This document shows positions 24,641-37,200 of a DNA stretch of 64,000 bases, piece after piece. Source of the stretch: Mytilus californianus (Eukaryota); NCBI RefSeq assembly GCF_021869535.1, contig NW_026262668.1, positions 15,686,001-15,750,000 of the forward strand, given 5' to 3'. The notes below the pieces were generated by a model. The model was not told where the DNA came from. It was given only the letters and a program-made list of their open reading frames with translations, and made no database searches. The stretch's first letter is position 1; every line of letters starts with the position of its first letter. Both the position numbers and the translations under genes were made by a program.

Positions 24641-25790
24641 TCCAACTTTTTTTCATCAAAAAGAGTGGCCAACGTAGATACAAATATCTTCTTTAAGTAA
24701 GGGATACATCATATTTTGTAATAAACTTCTCTGTTTCAAACAATTTATTCTCTGAAACTGACATTATCAAAATGCTTTATATTTTTATATTGACAACATA
24801 TTCGTTGGTTTTGGAGGATGTGGTTTTCAACAAACAATTGGCATTCCTATGGTAACCAACTGTGTTCCTCTTCTGCCGACTTGATTCTTTTTCATATGAG
24901 GCAAACTTCATACAGGAGCTTCTCATGAAGAATGAGAAGAAGTAGAATAATCCTTCATCTTCATGTCCCGCTATAATGATTAAATAATTCAAAGTTTGCA
25001 AACAATGTTTAACGCATCTATCCCATTGAACTTGAAATAAAGTATACCACAAATGCATTTGATATAAAAATAAGAAGATGTGGTATGATTGCCAATGAGA
25101 CAACTCTCCACAAGAGACCAAATGACATAGCAATTAACAACTATAGGTCACCGTACGGCCTTCAAAAATGAGCAAAACCCATACCGCATAGCCAGCTATG
25201 AAAGGCCCCGAAATGACAAATGTAAAACAATTCAAACGAGAAAACTAACGGCCTGATTTATGAACAAAATACTGAACTAAAAACTAATATGAAATATAGC
25301 AACAAACGACAACCACTGAATTACAGGCTCCTGACTTGGGACAGGCCCATACAGAATGTATCGGGGTTAAACTAGTTTGAAGGCGCCAACCCTCCCCTTA
25401 CCTGGGACAGTGGTGTAACAATACAACATAAGAAAAAACTATAAAAATCAGTTGAAAAGGGCTTAACTCATCGGATCGATACAAAGCAGAAATACATCTA
25501 ACAAAAACACAGACCGGACGTGGCAGGGTACTTATTCATCCCCACAACAAAAAAGACACTAAGTACATATCTGAGAGTACTCGCAGTTACTGACAGTGCC
25601 TGATATCTTGACTTACATCTAGAAATTCACAATGAGTGTCGGTTGAGAACACAACTTTACGACAAAAGTGATGAATTCAGCTTCCCAATTGTGAATTTTC
25701 CATTCAAACGACGCCTGCATATTGAGTATAAATCTCCCAGTTGATACGATATTCAAGAGTTTGTGCTTCCTATCATGATTGACATTGTTT
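24640..25790 (+). mobile_element. Penelope-like retroelement RT relic, split by a ~530-bp insertion (25066-25594)
   Basis: IDNIFVGFGG.GFQQTIGIPMVTNCVPLL precedes the insertion and YLDLHLEI...LYDKSDEFSFPIVNFPF follows it; many frameshifts and stops. Confidence 0.7.
25066..25594 (+). repeat. Abundant interspersed repeat beginning AAATAAGAAGATGTGGTATGATTGCCAATGAGACAAC
   Basis: Further copies or fragments at ~40905-41690, 45090-45570, 52040-52130, 55490-55740, 56220-56330 (+) and 43955-44265, 20520-20580 (-). Confidence 0.8.
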
Positions 25791-27394
25791 TTTTTAAAGA
25801 AGTCTTTAAATACTAAATATTTTCTTTAAACTACACTGAAGCTGAATAACGTATGATAATAATAACCTTTCACTGTACTGATTTGTATTGCATGCTGATT
25901 TATTAATGTACAATGTATGTACCATTTGTTGGTCCACTGATCAAGATTAAAAAGGGGAGGGTTGAAATCTAAAACAATAATTTAAATCCACCACATATTC
26001 ATGTTCAAATTCCTGAACCTCGTCAGTCTTTTGTTTAGTCGTATATCTGTGAAATCATATATGTTGATAGCAGACCTTTGATATTTTCTGTACGGGACTA
26101 ATTAGAGCCAACTTCCGAAGCAAGGCCGTCGGCTCTCCGGACTTTCACGGAGTCCTGCGTTGATTTTTGAGTTTATGAGCTTGGAATTTGAATAAGAGCT
26201 TGTCATATTGTAAAAATTGCTGAAGATAATATGTTGTCCTCTAGATAGCTTTTGCTTATTTTTGACGTTGAGTTGCTGTTTCACTGACGTTTGGCCACTC
26301 TTTTTATTTATATTCAGACGCCTATTTTCGTGGTTGAGCTGCTATCAAAGTTATTACCCTCACAAACCCATTTGAATGTGGAAATAATTTTGTTTACATA
26401 CAATAAAACAATATCTGTTACACATTTGGAATAATATACATTACCTGTACATCCGTTTTATCTTTACAATCTCGTTAAATTTTGACAGGTTTTAATTTGT
26501 TTTTCTCCTTTGATTTTAATAGAAACATTCAAAGTAATACACATCTAGTTCAGTGAAAAATAATATACGTTTTTATCTAAACAACCATTCTTGGAGCATT
26601 TAATTAATTTACATCCTAACATAATGCAATTCTATAAATTCCCTGAACTGTTCTATATTGTTCGCATGTTTTTTTCCAGTGACTTGTGTACCTGTTTACC
26701 AAATATCAATTTTTAATATATTCCGTCAAATGACGTATTTATATTTTGACCTTATATTAACAATTTCTATTAGAAAAACAACATTACTATTGCATTTAGT
26801 TGCAGGCTAAAGCTTAATACTTAAAGATCCTTTATAAAAATATTGACCTTTAGTTATTTTAATTAACTTTTTAGCATTATTTTCTTTAGACCTGGACGAA
26901 TGTGTACAATAATAACATTGCTGAATAGAATTGGTAGCCATCGACATCCTCTTAGAAATGTTGTTAGGAATATGTCTACAGATTCTGAAATCTTTCCAAA
27001 ACAGCTCTGTTATTTCACTGATTAGACAAGACAATTAGCTCCAAATATGTTTCACGCTTAGAAAAATTAACTATTGTGAAAAAAAAATATGTAAATTTGA
27101 CGAGTTTCAATAATTTACATCTGAGTTTCCCCTCTAACCCAAATATAGTTTAGTTCCTTAATTCGATCCTTCACATTTTGATAAATATGAAAGGATTTTT
27201 AAATAAAATAAATGCGACAATCTAATTAAAATACATATCTATATTAACTCGCATGCTCGTACATATAGGTATATATGAATACGAAATCAGAGAACTATAT
27301 TTCAATTAGATTGATAAAATGCGATTATTAATGGATGAATCATTTAATTGTAACAGCTTCAAAATAGCATCTGAAAGATGCCAGTATAAGATAT

Positions 27395-27649
27395 GAGGGT
27401 CTGGAAGGGGTCCTTCATTTCTTTATTCTTTAATATTTTATACCATTTTCTCTATTCTTTATCTATTTTGTCCATTGTTCTCTTTAATCTATATTTTAAC
27501 ACCCCGTTATCTCTATTATTTATCTCTTAATTTTTCTCTATTCTTTAATTTTTTTTTTATTATTTTCTCTATTCTATATGTTTAGCCTTTTTTCTGCACA
27601 TTTTACCAATTAATATATTCTTTGTAATGAAAACCCCATCCAAAGCCTC
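27395..27649. mobile_element. MITE with GAG...CTC termini and 6-bp TSD (AGATAT)
   Basis: AGATAT|GAGGGTCTGGAAGGGG...CCCCATCCAAAGCCTC|AGATAT; internal TTCTCTATT repeats. Confidence 0.65.
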
Positions 27650-28555
27650 AGATATGGACCGATGCTGGTCTTAACTACGATAGGGACTAGTTCTTGTTGC
27701 AGTGTACTACATATATGCAACGATCTATTTACTTAGTTACTGACAATCTTGTGGTTTATACCTATAATATCAATTGTAAATAGAAAGGTTTCTTACGAGA
27801 TAAAACATGATATTTCCATTTAAACTGAACTAAATCAAGGTCAAACTGATATGAAATACACGAATGTCTTTCAGGTGTAAAGATTATATATATATGGGAT
27901 AGTAAATTTGTTAATAAAAAAAACTACACGGAATGAATATAGTGTATCTACGTCACAGATTTCTCTGACTATTATCAGAATATTGTGTACTAGTATCTTG
28001 ACATCTACGTTTCTGATTTCTGACTCTCTTCCTATTTGTTTTACATTTAAGAAAAATGCACCTGTCAATTTTTCATACAAAGCAATAAGTTTGAACGCCT
28101 TGCGTGGACCAAGAAATTTTTGAAACGGGAGTGACAAGGGAATTCCACCTAAAAAGGTGAGGGATGAGCCTCACTTTCGTTGATTTTCACGTGAGTTTAA
28201 AGATTCGAAAGGACGAGGGATTCTTTCCCTCGTACATCTCTTGCAAACATAAATCTGATGTTCTCCGTCAAAGTATGTCGTTGTTGACATCCAAAGCAGA
28301 AATATTGTTAGACAGTTAAAAGTGCAATTCTACAGAAAATACAAATAATGATTAAAAGGGTAACATAAGAAAACCCCAAGGGTAATAGAGAAGAGTGATT
28401 TCACTTGATTTTTTTTATTACCTGTGTATCATTACTTGAAGTTTTTTATAATTTTACATTTTAACATTTTTTGATAAAATCTACATGATATTCAATGCTA
28501 CATATTGCTGTTGGAGACAGTCTTGTAACAGGTAACACATACATTGAATTATACA

Positions 28556-29120
28556 TTTTTATACGCCCGTTTACGGGACGTATTATGTTATACCGTTGTC
28601 CGTCCGTCGTCAACATGTCGGACAATAACTCAAAAACGCTTTAACCAATTTGCATGAAACTTTGGTGAATTGTTTATATCTATTGACGTGAGATCCCTTT
28701 CGTTTTTTATAAATTTTAAATTTTACGTTTCCGAGTTATGGGGTTTTATTCATTAAAAAAGGGGGATTTTCCAGTTTTCGGACAATAACTCAAAAACACT
28801 TTCACCAATTTGCAAGAAACTTTGGTGAATTGTTTATATCTATTGACGTTAGCTCAATTTCGATTTTTATAAATTTTCGATTTTACGTTTTTCCGAGTTA
28901 TGCGTTTTTTTCATAGAAAAGGGGTGATTTTCCAGTTTTCGGACAATATCTTTAAAGTGTTTTGAGCAGTTTTCATGAAACTTTGATGACTGGTTTATAT
29001 CTATTAGAATAACCTCCCTTCAGTTTTTCATAAATTTCTGATATGACATTGAGAAGTTATTGAACTTTATTCTTTGAAAAAGCGACGGGCGTATCATGCG
29101 CTTATGGCGCAGCTGTTTAT
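28556..29120 (+). mobile_element. Helentron-derived HINE/DINE-like element with ~160-bp central tandem repeats
   Basis: 5' subTIR TATACGCCCGT and 3' ACGGGCGTAT, a GTCC microsatellite, central repeats at 28619/28779/28940, a 3' GCGC..GCGC hairpin, and T-rich ends. Confidence 0.75.
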
Positions 29121-29820
29121 TTTGTAATATTTTGCATCAGATGGCATTCGATTGGTTTCTAAAGGGCAATATACGTACATTAACATACAATAACATTTTT
29201 ATTTGGAATATGAATAAAAAAGACAATGTGGTGTATCAGTTAAGAAGACAACATACATAACCAAAAGACTTATAGAAGACGAAAATGGCGATTTTGTACA
29301 ATGCCCAGAACAATCTACAGAATTACATGCAGATAATGAAGGAAATCTAGTATTGCTTCAAACCATAAATATATTATAATCAATTTATGTATATCCAGAA
29401 AGTTATCGAACAACAAGTGAACAACCTTCATCAATTTATCAAGCGAAAGAGAAAGAAGAATAACTCGTTATCTTGTTAGCTTCAGAAATTGGTATCATTT
29501 TTGTAAAAAGCTGGATGCAAAACACCACTTTGATTAAATTCGTAAATGTGAAATCAACAATAAATCTCAATATTTGTGATAAAACTAAGTAACAAATTTT
29601 ACAATTAAGACTAACACCGACAATTTACCAAAATGTATCAATATTTTTTTAATCACCTTTGAGTATTGGGACTAATATGAAAAAAAAGATGTGTGATTAT
29701 TTCATAATTCTACTTTTTTTGAAGCCACATTTTCATTCGTCATAATTAATTAACAAACACATTATTGTAAAAATAGAAATTTTTGAGTGCATTTACTATT
29801 GCGATTGTTGAACTATAGAC

Positions 29821-30140
29821 GAGGGTCGTAATGGGGGTACCTTCATGACGAATCACGGTAAAAAATCTTGCCAAATGACGCGTACGTTAACGGTAATTTT
29901 TGGTGCATGACGATAAAATATACACTTTCTTTAAGACGATAAAAAAATCGACTAATTTTGACGAATCACGTTAATTTTTTTTCCAAAAATAACGGTAACG
30001 ATAACTATTTGAGACCTCTGACGAATCACGATAAGGACATTTTGACGAATCACGGTAAAATTTTAACCAATTTGACGCTAACGGTAGCCGAAAATGAACG
30101 TTTGACGCCTGACGGTAAAGGGCATTCCTACCCCCATAGA
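29821..30140. mobile_element. Related GAGGGT-terminated MITE with internal TGACGAATCACG repeats
   Basis: Left end GAGGGTCGTAATGGGGGTA; degenerate right end TACCCCCATAGAC; repeated TGACG motifs. Confidence 0.4.
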
Positions 30141-30326
30141 CACACATGAGAAATTAATTATTACGATTTCAGTAAAGGCTGCATACAAACAATGCTTTCA
30201 AAATTAATAGTGCGAGGTTTTATTTTTAAGACGCCTATCCCGTCACAATTTTTGCGATAATATAAACATCGCAAAAACTTCTGAATTTACTCTAGTACGG
30301 CAATTATTTGATATAAGACTTCAGCT

Positions 30327-30893
30327 AAATTTAGACTTTCTACTATACATGTGGCATTGTCTAATTATTAGAGCATTAGCGTTTGACATATTTTATAAAT
30401 TTAGACTTTCTACTATACCATGTGGCATTGTCTAATTATTAGAGCATTGGTGTTTGACATATTTTATAAATTTAGACTTTCTACTATACATGTGGCATTG
30501 TCTAATTATTAGAGCATTGGTGTTTGACATATTTTATAAATTTGGACTTTCTACTATACATGTGGCATTGTCTAATTATTAGGGCATTGGTGTTTGACAT
30601 ATTTTATAAATTCAGACTTTCTACTATACATGTGGCATTGACTAATTATTAGAGCATTGGTGTTTGACATATTTTATAAATTTGGACTTTCTACTATACA
30701 TGTGGCATTGACTAATCATTAGAGCATCAGTGTTTGACATATTTTATAAATTTGGACTTTCTACTATACATGTGGCATTGACTAATTATTAGAGCATTGG
30801 TGTATGACATTTTTTATAAATTTAGACTTTCTACTATACATGTGGCATTGACTAATTATTAGAGCATTAGTGTTTGACATATTTTATAAATTC
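30327..30893. repeat. 70-bp minisatellite, 8 copies
   Basis: Units start at 30327, 30397, 30468, 30538, 30608, 30678, 30748 and 30818. Confidence 0.95.
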
Positions 30894-31291
30894 TAATTCA
30901 AATGAAACGAATTAATGGAAAACGTAATGGGATCATGGACAAACGGACCAAATTTAGATCAATGTTGCATTTTGTTTTAACCTTCCAACTTCCACTGTGG
31001 ATAACCGTAACGCACTTTTTATTAATTTTACACGTCTAGGCCAATCTTTAAATTTCAAAATCATTAACTGTGACACAATTTAAAAACTATGATATTTTCA
31101 TAAGAAAATAAGTATAATGATTTGTGATTTAACCAAACAAAGAACTAGATATTTAACGCCGTAAGATGTGTATACACACACATATAACGTTACTTTAAAA
31201 TCAAACTAACAAAAGTAGTTTATGTCAAAGTTGCACATTGTATGGTAGTTGGCTTACAGTATGTCTGTTTCATAAAAAAACATAGCCAACC

Positions 31292-34200
31292 ATGGCTTGC
31301 AAGACGTCCAGTTTATTTACAACACGGACGAGATTAACAGCATTATTTATCACATATATTGGATGTTTTCTATATTTTGTTGGATTTGTGACGCCATCAT
31401 GGATAACATATACATTTGACACAGTAACCTACAATGCAGGATTTTTCCTTACATGTGTTGAGAATGACTGTACTACTGGTGTTAAGAAAGGTTTGATATT
31501 TCGATTAAAACTTTACTGAATGTTGATTTGCAGGACACGTAAAATTAAAACTTTTTATGCAAAATTTTAGATGTTTCTTATAATTGAACAGAAAATAGAT
31601 TACTCATTTTTTTTAAAGCCAATTCTATTATTTTTCTTCAAAATAAGGGGGAAATGTGTTTTTGAAGCCATTACAAATGTATATGATAATTTGTCATTTC
31701 TTGTTTGACTTGGTAACGTATTTTATTTATTAATGAATAAAAAAAAAAAAAACAATAATGAAACACAAAGCAAACGACAACCACTGAATCGCAGGATTCT
31801 GCCTTGGAACAGGCACACATTTTTGTTTAGGGGCTAGCTGAAGGCCGCCTCCGGGTGCGAGATTTTCTCGCTGTGTAGAAGACCCATTGGTGGCCGTCAT
31901 CTGTTTTCTGCTCTTTGGTCGAGTTGTTGTCTCTTTGACACATTCCCCATTTCCATTCTCAATTTTACATACCAAATACGGCGGGGTGACGTTAAACATA
32001 TTTACGGGCACCCAGCCCTCCACCATACCGTATCCAGTTGTATCAGACCCATGCTCATTTATTTTTGTCTGCAAGGAGTGATGATGGTATAGCCAATGCA
32101 TGGCAGTGTAAGTCGACTACCAATAAACCCAGAATCCAAATTCAGATACTTTTCCGAATTGAAAATCCATTTCCTTCGAAATAGCAACTATGGTATGTAT
32201 ATCCACTGTTCGAATCTCTTGAAAATCGTAGAAGAGGTGAAAATAAATTTTCCATGAATTCATATCACACTAGGGTTGTTTTCAAAAAGTCTGTCATTGC
32301 ACAAGATTGGTGCCTCCTGTACTTTTTATGCAGATACTGTATGAAATCTGCTTCGCACTACAGCCGCCGATATTACAGTTTAGGACGGCATGATTCTATA
32401 TAGGTTAAGTTTCTTGAGCTTGCTTTCAGTATATGAGTAAATACCAAGAGACAATACAAATTGTAAGTCGAAGAAAACAAACAACCATGAGCAAAATGAA
32501 GAGAAAAAAACGTGACTAAAAAACAAACTGCAGTCCACAATATATTACACAAAAAATTACAGACTGAACAGCAGTCAGTAACTGAGAACTGATCTATAAT
32601 AATTTTTAAAAAAATGTCCAAATTCAGAAACCTCGCCAGTTTAAAATGTATATCAATATTTAAGTTATTTAATGTTGATTGTTTTGACAAATTTTGGATA
32701 CTTATAAAAAAATGAATAAGAAAAACATTTTGAACCAAAACCAAGATAACGAAGGTACTGCAACAGCTATCAATGTATTGTTTCAGATACAGACACATTT
32801 ATTTTGGTTAACGATGTTCTAAATACAAAAAAAAAAAAAAAATACAAAAACATAAATACAAACTTTGCAGAACTTAACTTCGTGAGTGAAACAATTTCAC
32901 CATACCAGCTTCATCATCACATGTTATAAATTGTATTATGCATGGACACATTATTACCTGGTACTCGTAAACACCACACAAAAAGTATTTGTATGGCATA
33001 ACTATGATATTACTGGTGTACTGAAGCAGGAGAAACATTTAAAGTCACATTATAAAATAATTTTGATTTCACATGGAATGGTCGTGAACATTAAAGTGTC
33101 ATATTCCATCAATTAACTTTAAAGTTTATATGCTTTAGTCAATGTTATGGTATACAGTTGGAAGATTAAAAAAGGTGATTTAATTTGTTTTCTTATTAAA
33201 TTAATATATATAAGTCAGTATTGAAGAATTATTGAATTCAAAAAACAAGTACAGAGAAAAGTAGGCGATTAAATATAATAGAATATGTAAATAGTAATGT
33301 ATAATGGTGTATTTTACCGTCATTATATATGGCCAAAGTGTTCACAATCTTTTTATCCTCCATATTTTTTATCTGAACTTATTAAAACCCCAATACTAAC
33401 CACAAGCCAAATTCTAATCCAAACACAACCTTAAAATGAACCATAACCCTAAAAATAACAGGGCAACTGAAGTAAAATGAGGACAAAAAAAACTTTAAAT
33501 GGATGCCATTAATAAAAGAAATATAAAAAATAAAAACAACACGTTATAAATTTCATTCATCCGAAGCTCTTTTCTGGATTTACCTTCACCAGGTACGCCC
33601 AAAGCCGAATATCTGAAAGCGAAGGATATATAAGAACCGAAACAGAAAGAGCTATATGACCAAAAAAGACCTAAAATAAACCAAATCCATCGATCTAATA
33701 AATACAGAGTATCATATTTTAAGCAATAAAAGTATAAGAACAAATGATGATGATACAAGTTTCTTTTGATCTTAGATTCCTTGTTTAAAATGTCACAAGT
33801 TTTGGGATCACTGGGCTTTGCTATGTATACTGTATATGGAATATCTGCCACATTGACGTTCATCTGGACAAAACATTGGAAAAAACTAAAAGGAATTAAA
33901 CTGGCATCTGGTATCACGGCGTTAGCGGCAGGTAATATAATCTTACATCAAGTATCACGGCGTTAGTGGTAGATAGTATAAACTTACATCTAGTATCACG
34001 GAGTTAGCGGCAGGTACTATAAATTTGCATCTAATATCACGTCGTTAGTTGCAAGTTATATAAACTTACATCTAGTATCACGGCGTAAGCGACAGGTAAT
34101 ATAAACTTACATCTAGTACCACGGCGTTAGCGACAGGTAATATAAACTCGCATCTATTATCACGACGTAAGCAACAGGTAAGCTTAACTTTCATCTAGTA

Positions 34201-37200
34201 TCACGTCGTTAGTGGCAGGTAATATAATCTTACATCAAGTATCACGGCGTTAGTGGTAGGTTATATAAACTTTTATCATGTACTTATAGAAAATAAGGGT
34301 ATAATTGTACCCCATGATAAAACTAATTTGTACATATATTTATTCATTAAATTTGAAGAATTGCTTTTGCCGTGTGATAAGACTTTTGTTATCAACTGCT
34401 TCCGGTTTATATCAACTGCTTCCGTTTTATATCAACTGCTTCCGGTTATTAGCGTATGCTTTTCTGTAACGTTATCGCATGACAATTCGACGTCATTCGG
34501 AAAATTCCGGAAAATACACCTCAATGGTACTTATTTTGTGTAAACATAACAAAGTTGGATGAAAAAAATATTAGGAATCAAGAAAATATATTGTTAAAAA
34601 ATGCAAAACAAATATTTCAACAAATGCATTTTTTCAAAGTTTTAGAAATAGTTTTTGTCTGTATGTCTTCTGCTGAAGTATATGATAAAAAGAACATAAC
34701 ATGTCATTTTTCATATCAGACCCTTTATCAGCCCATGGTCAAAATCATCCCTCGAGCCTGTCGGCTCTCGGGCTGATATCATGACCTAGGGCTGATAAGG
34801 GGTCTGATATGAAAAATGCCATGATATAATCTATATACATCAAGTATCGCGGCGTTAGCGACAGGTAATATAAACTCACATCTAGTATCATGGCGTTAGT
34901 GGTAGGTAATATTATCTTACATCTAGTATCACGGCGTTAGCGACAGGTAATATAAACTCACATCTAGTATCACGGCGTTAGTGGCGGGTAATATAAACTT
35001 ACATCTAGTATCACGTCGTTAGTGGCAAGTTATATAAACTTACATCTGGTATCACAGCGTTAGTGGTATGTAATATAAACTTACATCTAGTATCACGTCG
35101 TTAGTGGCAAATTATATAAATAAAGATTCTACCACTGCATCGAGTGTGATACGATATTTATCCACTCGAGACAGTTAAATTTTCAAATTTAAAACGCGAG
35201 GCTCGCCGAGCGTTTTAAATATTTAAAATTTAACTGTCGAGAGTGGATAAATATCGTATTACACGAGATTTGGTGGTGGAATCTGTTTCTCTAATGATTT
35301 TCAAACAATACGCAGGCAAATTTATTCCTTCTTTTCGAATGATCTGCAAAAAGATGTGTTCTTTCTATGTGACGTCATCAGGCATGGTCGCCTTTTTTCA
35401 TGCCGTCACAATAGGAAATTCAGAGGAAAGCAAGAAAATTCGACGTCATAATCGGATTTTAACCAATGAAGAACTGAGACCAAACGACCCACACGTTGAT
35501 TAAATTTTTTTTATACAATGGGTGCAGAAAGGGATAAATTGACGAAGAATTAGAGAAACTTACATCTAGTATCACGGCGTTAGCGACAGGTAATATAAAC
35601 TCACATCTAGTATTTCGGCGTAAGCGGCAGGTAATACAATCCTACATCAAGTATCACGGAGTTAGCGGCAGGTAATATAAACTTACATCTAGTATCACGG
35701 CGTAAGCGGCAGGTAAGATAAACTTACATCAAGTATCACGTCGTTAGTGGTAGGTAATATAAACTTACATCTAGTATCACGGCGTAAGCGGCAGGTAATA
35801 TAATCCTACATCAAGTATCACGGCGTTAGTGGTAGGTAATATGAACTTACATCTAGTATCACGGCGTTCGCGGCAGGTAATATAAACTCGCATCTAGTAT
35901 CACGGCGTTATTGGCAGGTACCACAAACTTACATCTTTTATCACAGCATTAATAGAAGGTATTGTAAAATTGCATCTGGTATCTATTCTAATTTAAAAAT
36001 GAAATTAAAACGGTGTGAAATTCAGAGCCTGACATGTTATTTTGCAATGGTTCAGGTCGTCATATACAGTATATATGTCTTTAAACTTGGCTGCGATTTT
36101 CACATTGGCAATGCCAAACACAGCATTATTCTATAAATATAATAAATATAATTTTCATGTACAAAACTATTGACAATCCTTGATCCATTCTGCATGAAAC
36201 ATTTCATGCATTTATGAAAATTGAAGGATTTGAAGAGAGATGAGACATGCATTGTTCGTGACATTTTAATAAAAATTGCCGACGAGGCAAAAGGAGCCTT
36301 TTTCGTGAAGAATATGGAACCCTCCAAACACAACCAACTATTGTCAGCTCTCATAACTTATCTACTAGAGACGTGCCGGGGAATTCTATGGTTAGAGCTC
36401 TTTGGATATGTATTCAAAGAAAATAAACGCGTCATAGGCGGCGTCCACCTATTCTCAAAGGTGGAGAAAACAATTCTTAACCCCACACATACAAGGCCAC
36501 ACTTTTAAAAAAATCAAAAGAAATTACTAATAGCTATGATCTTTAAAGTAAAAAAATCATTTAAAAATTTATCCATTTTATCTTTTTTTAAGTTTATATA
36601 TATTTTTTTGAAGTTGGAAATATTTTTTTGTCAACAAATTTTGATTGACACAAGGAATTGTTTCCCATCACAACATTCACATTGTCTAGAGTCAATCTAA
36701 ATGAAACATAAAAAAACCAATCTTCATCGGTACATTTTTATTTTTTATTCCATTCTTCGTTTCAGGGTTTTTCATATTTACACCCTTTTTAGTGTACATT
36801 TACGCCAAACAATGATCATTTTATTTAGAAAAAGATATTTTTAAATCAACCTGTTTTGCAAAAAAAAAAAAAAAAATGCTTTTGAAGTTTTTTTCAAAAA
36901 ATCGTTTTCTTAATAAGATTCGAAAATCAAAATTTTAATGTATTGTTTGAATTTGTATTTTCTATATAAAAATTTTTTTTCTCTGATTCTTTTTTCAAGT
37001 TTTGTATCAATGTTAAGAAATGAAACATTTTATACTTTTCGAATTCTCTAGCTATAAAAGTAAATAGAATTGTTCCAAATTCGATTTATCAATCTTCCAC
37101 TAAATATTGATATAAGAAAGTTTTAGTATTTTTCTATTGGCATTTTTTCCAACATAAACGAAAGCTTAAAATTTACATGTTAATGTAAAATTAAGAAATA

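Larger units (their letters stand above)
33905..35985 (+). repeat. 41-bp minisatellite derived from the gene A exon 2 end and splice donor, ~26 copies in three blocks
   Basis: Unit CATCTRGTATCACGGCGTTAGCGGCAGGTAATATAAACTTA; the first copy overlaps exon 2. Confidence 0.9.

Noticed and set aside
27871-28330. Possible coding relic and two adjacent small hairpins (~28160-28235)
   Set aside because: No family motif in any frame, and the hairpins do not form a known ribozyme core.
36221-36508. 95-aa ORF within gene A intron 2
   Set aside because: No recognisable domain or splice sites; including it is unnecessary because exons 2 and 3 join in phase.
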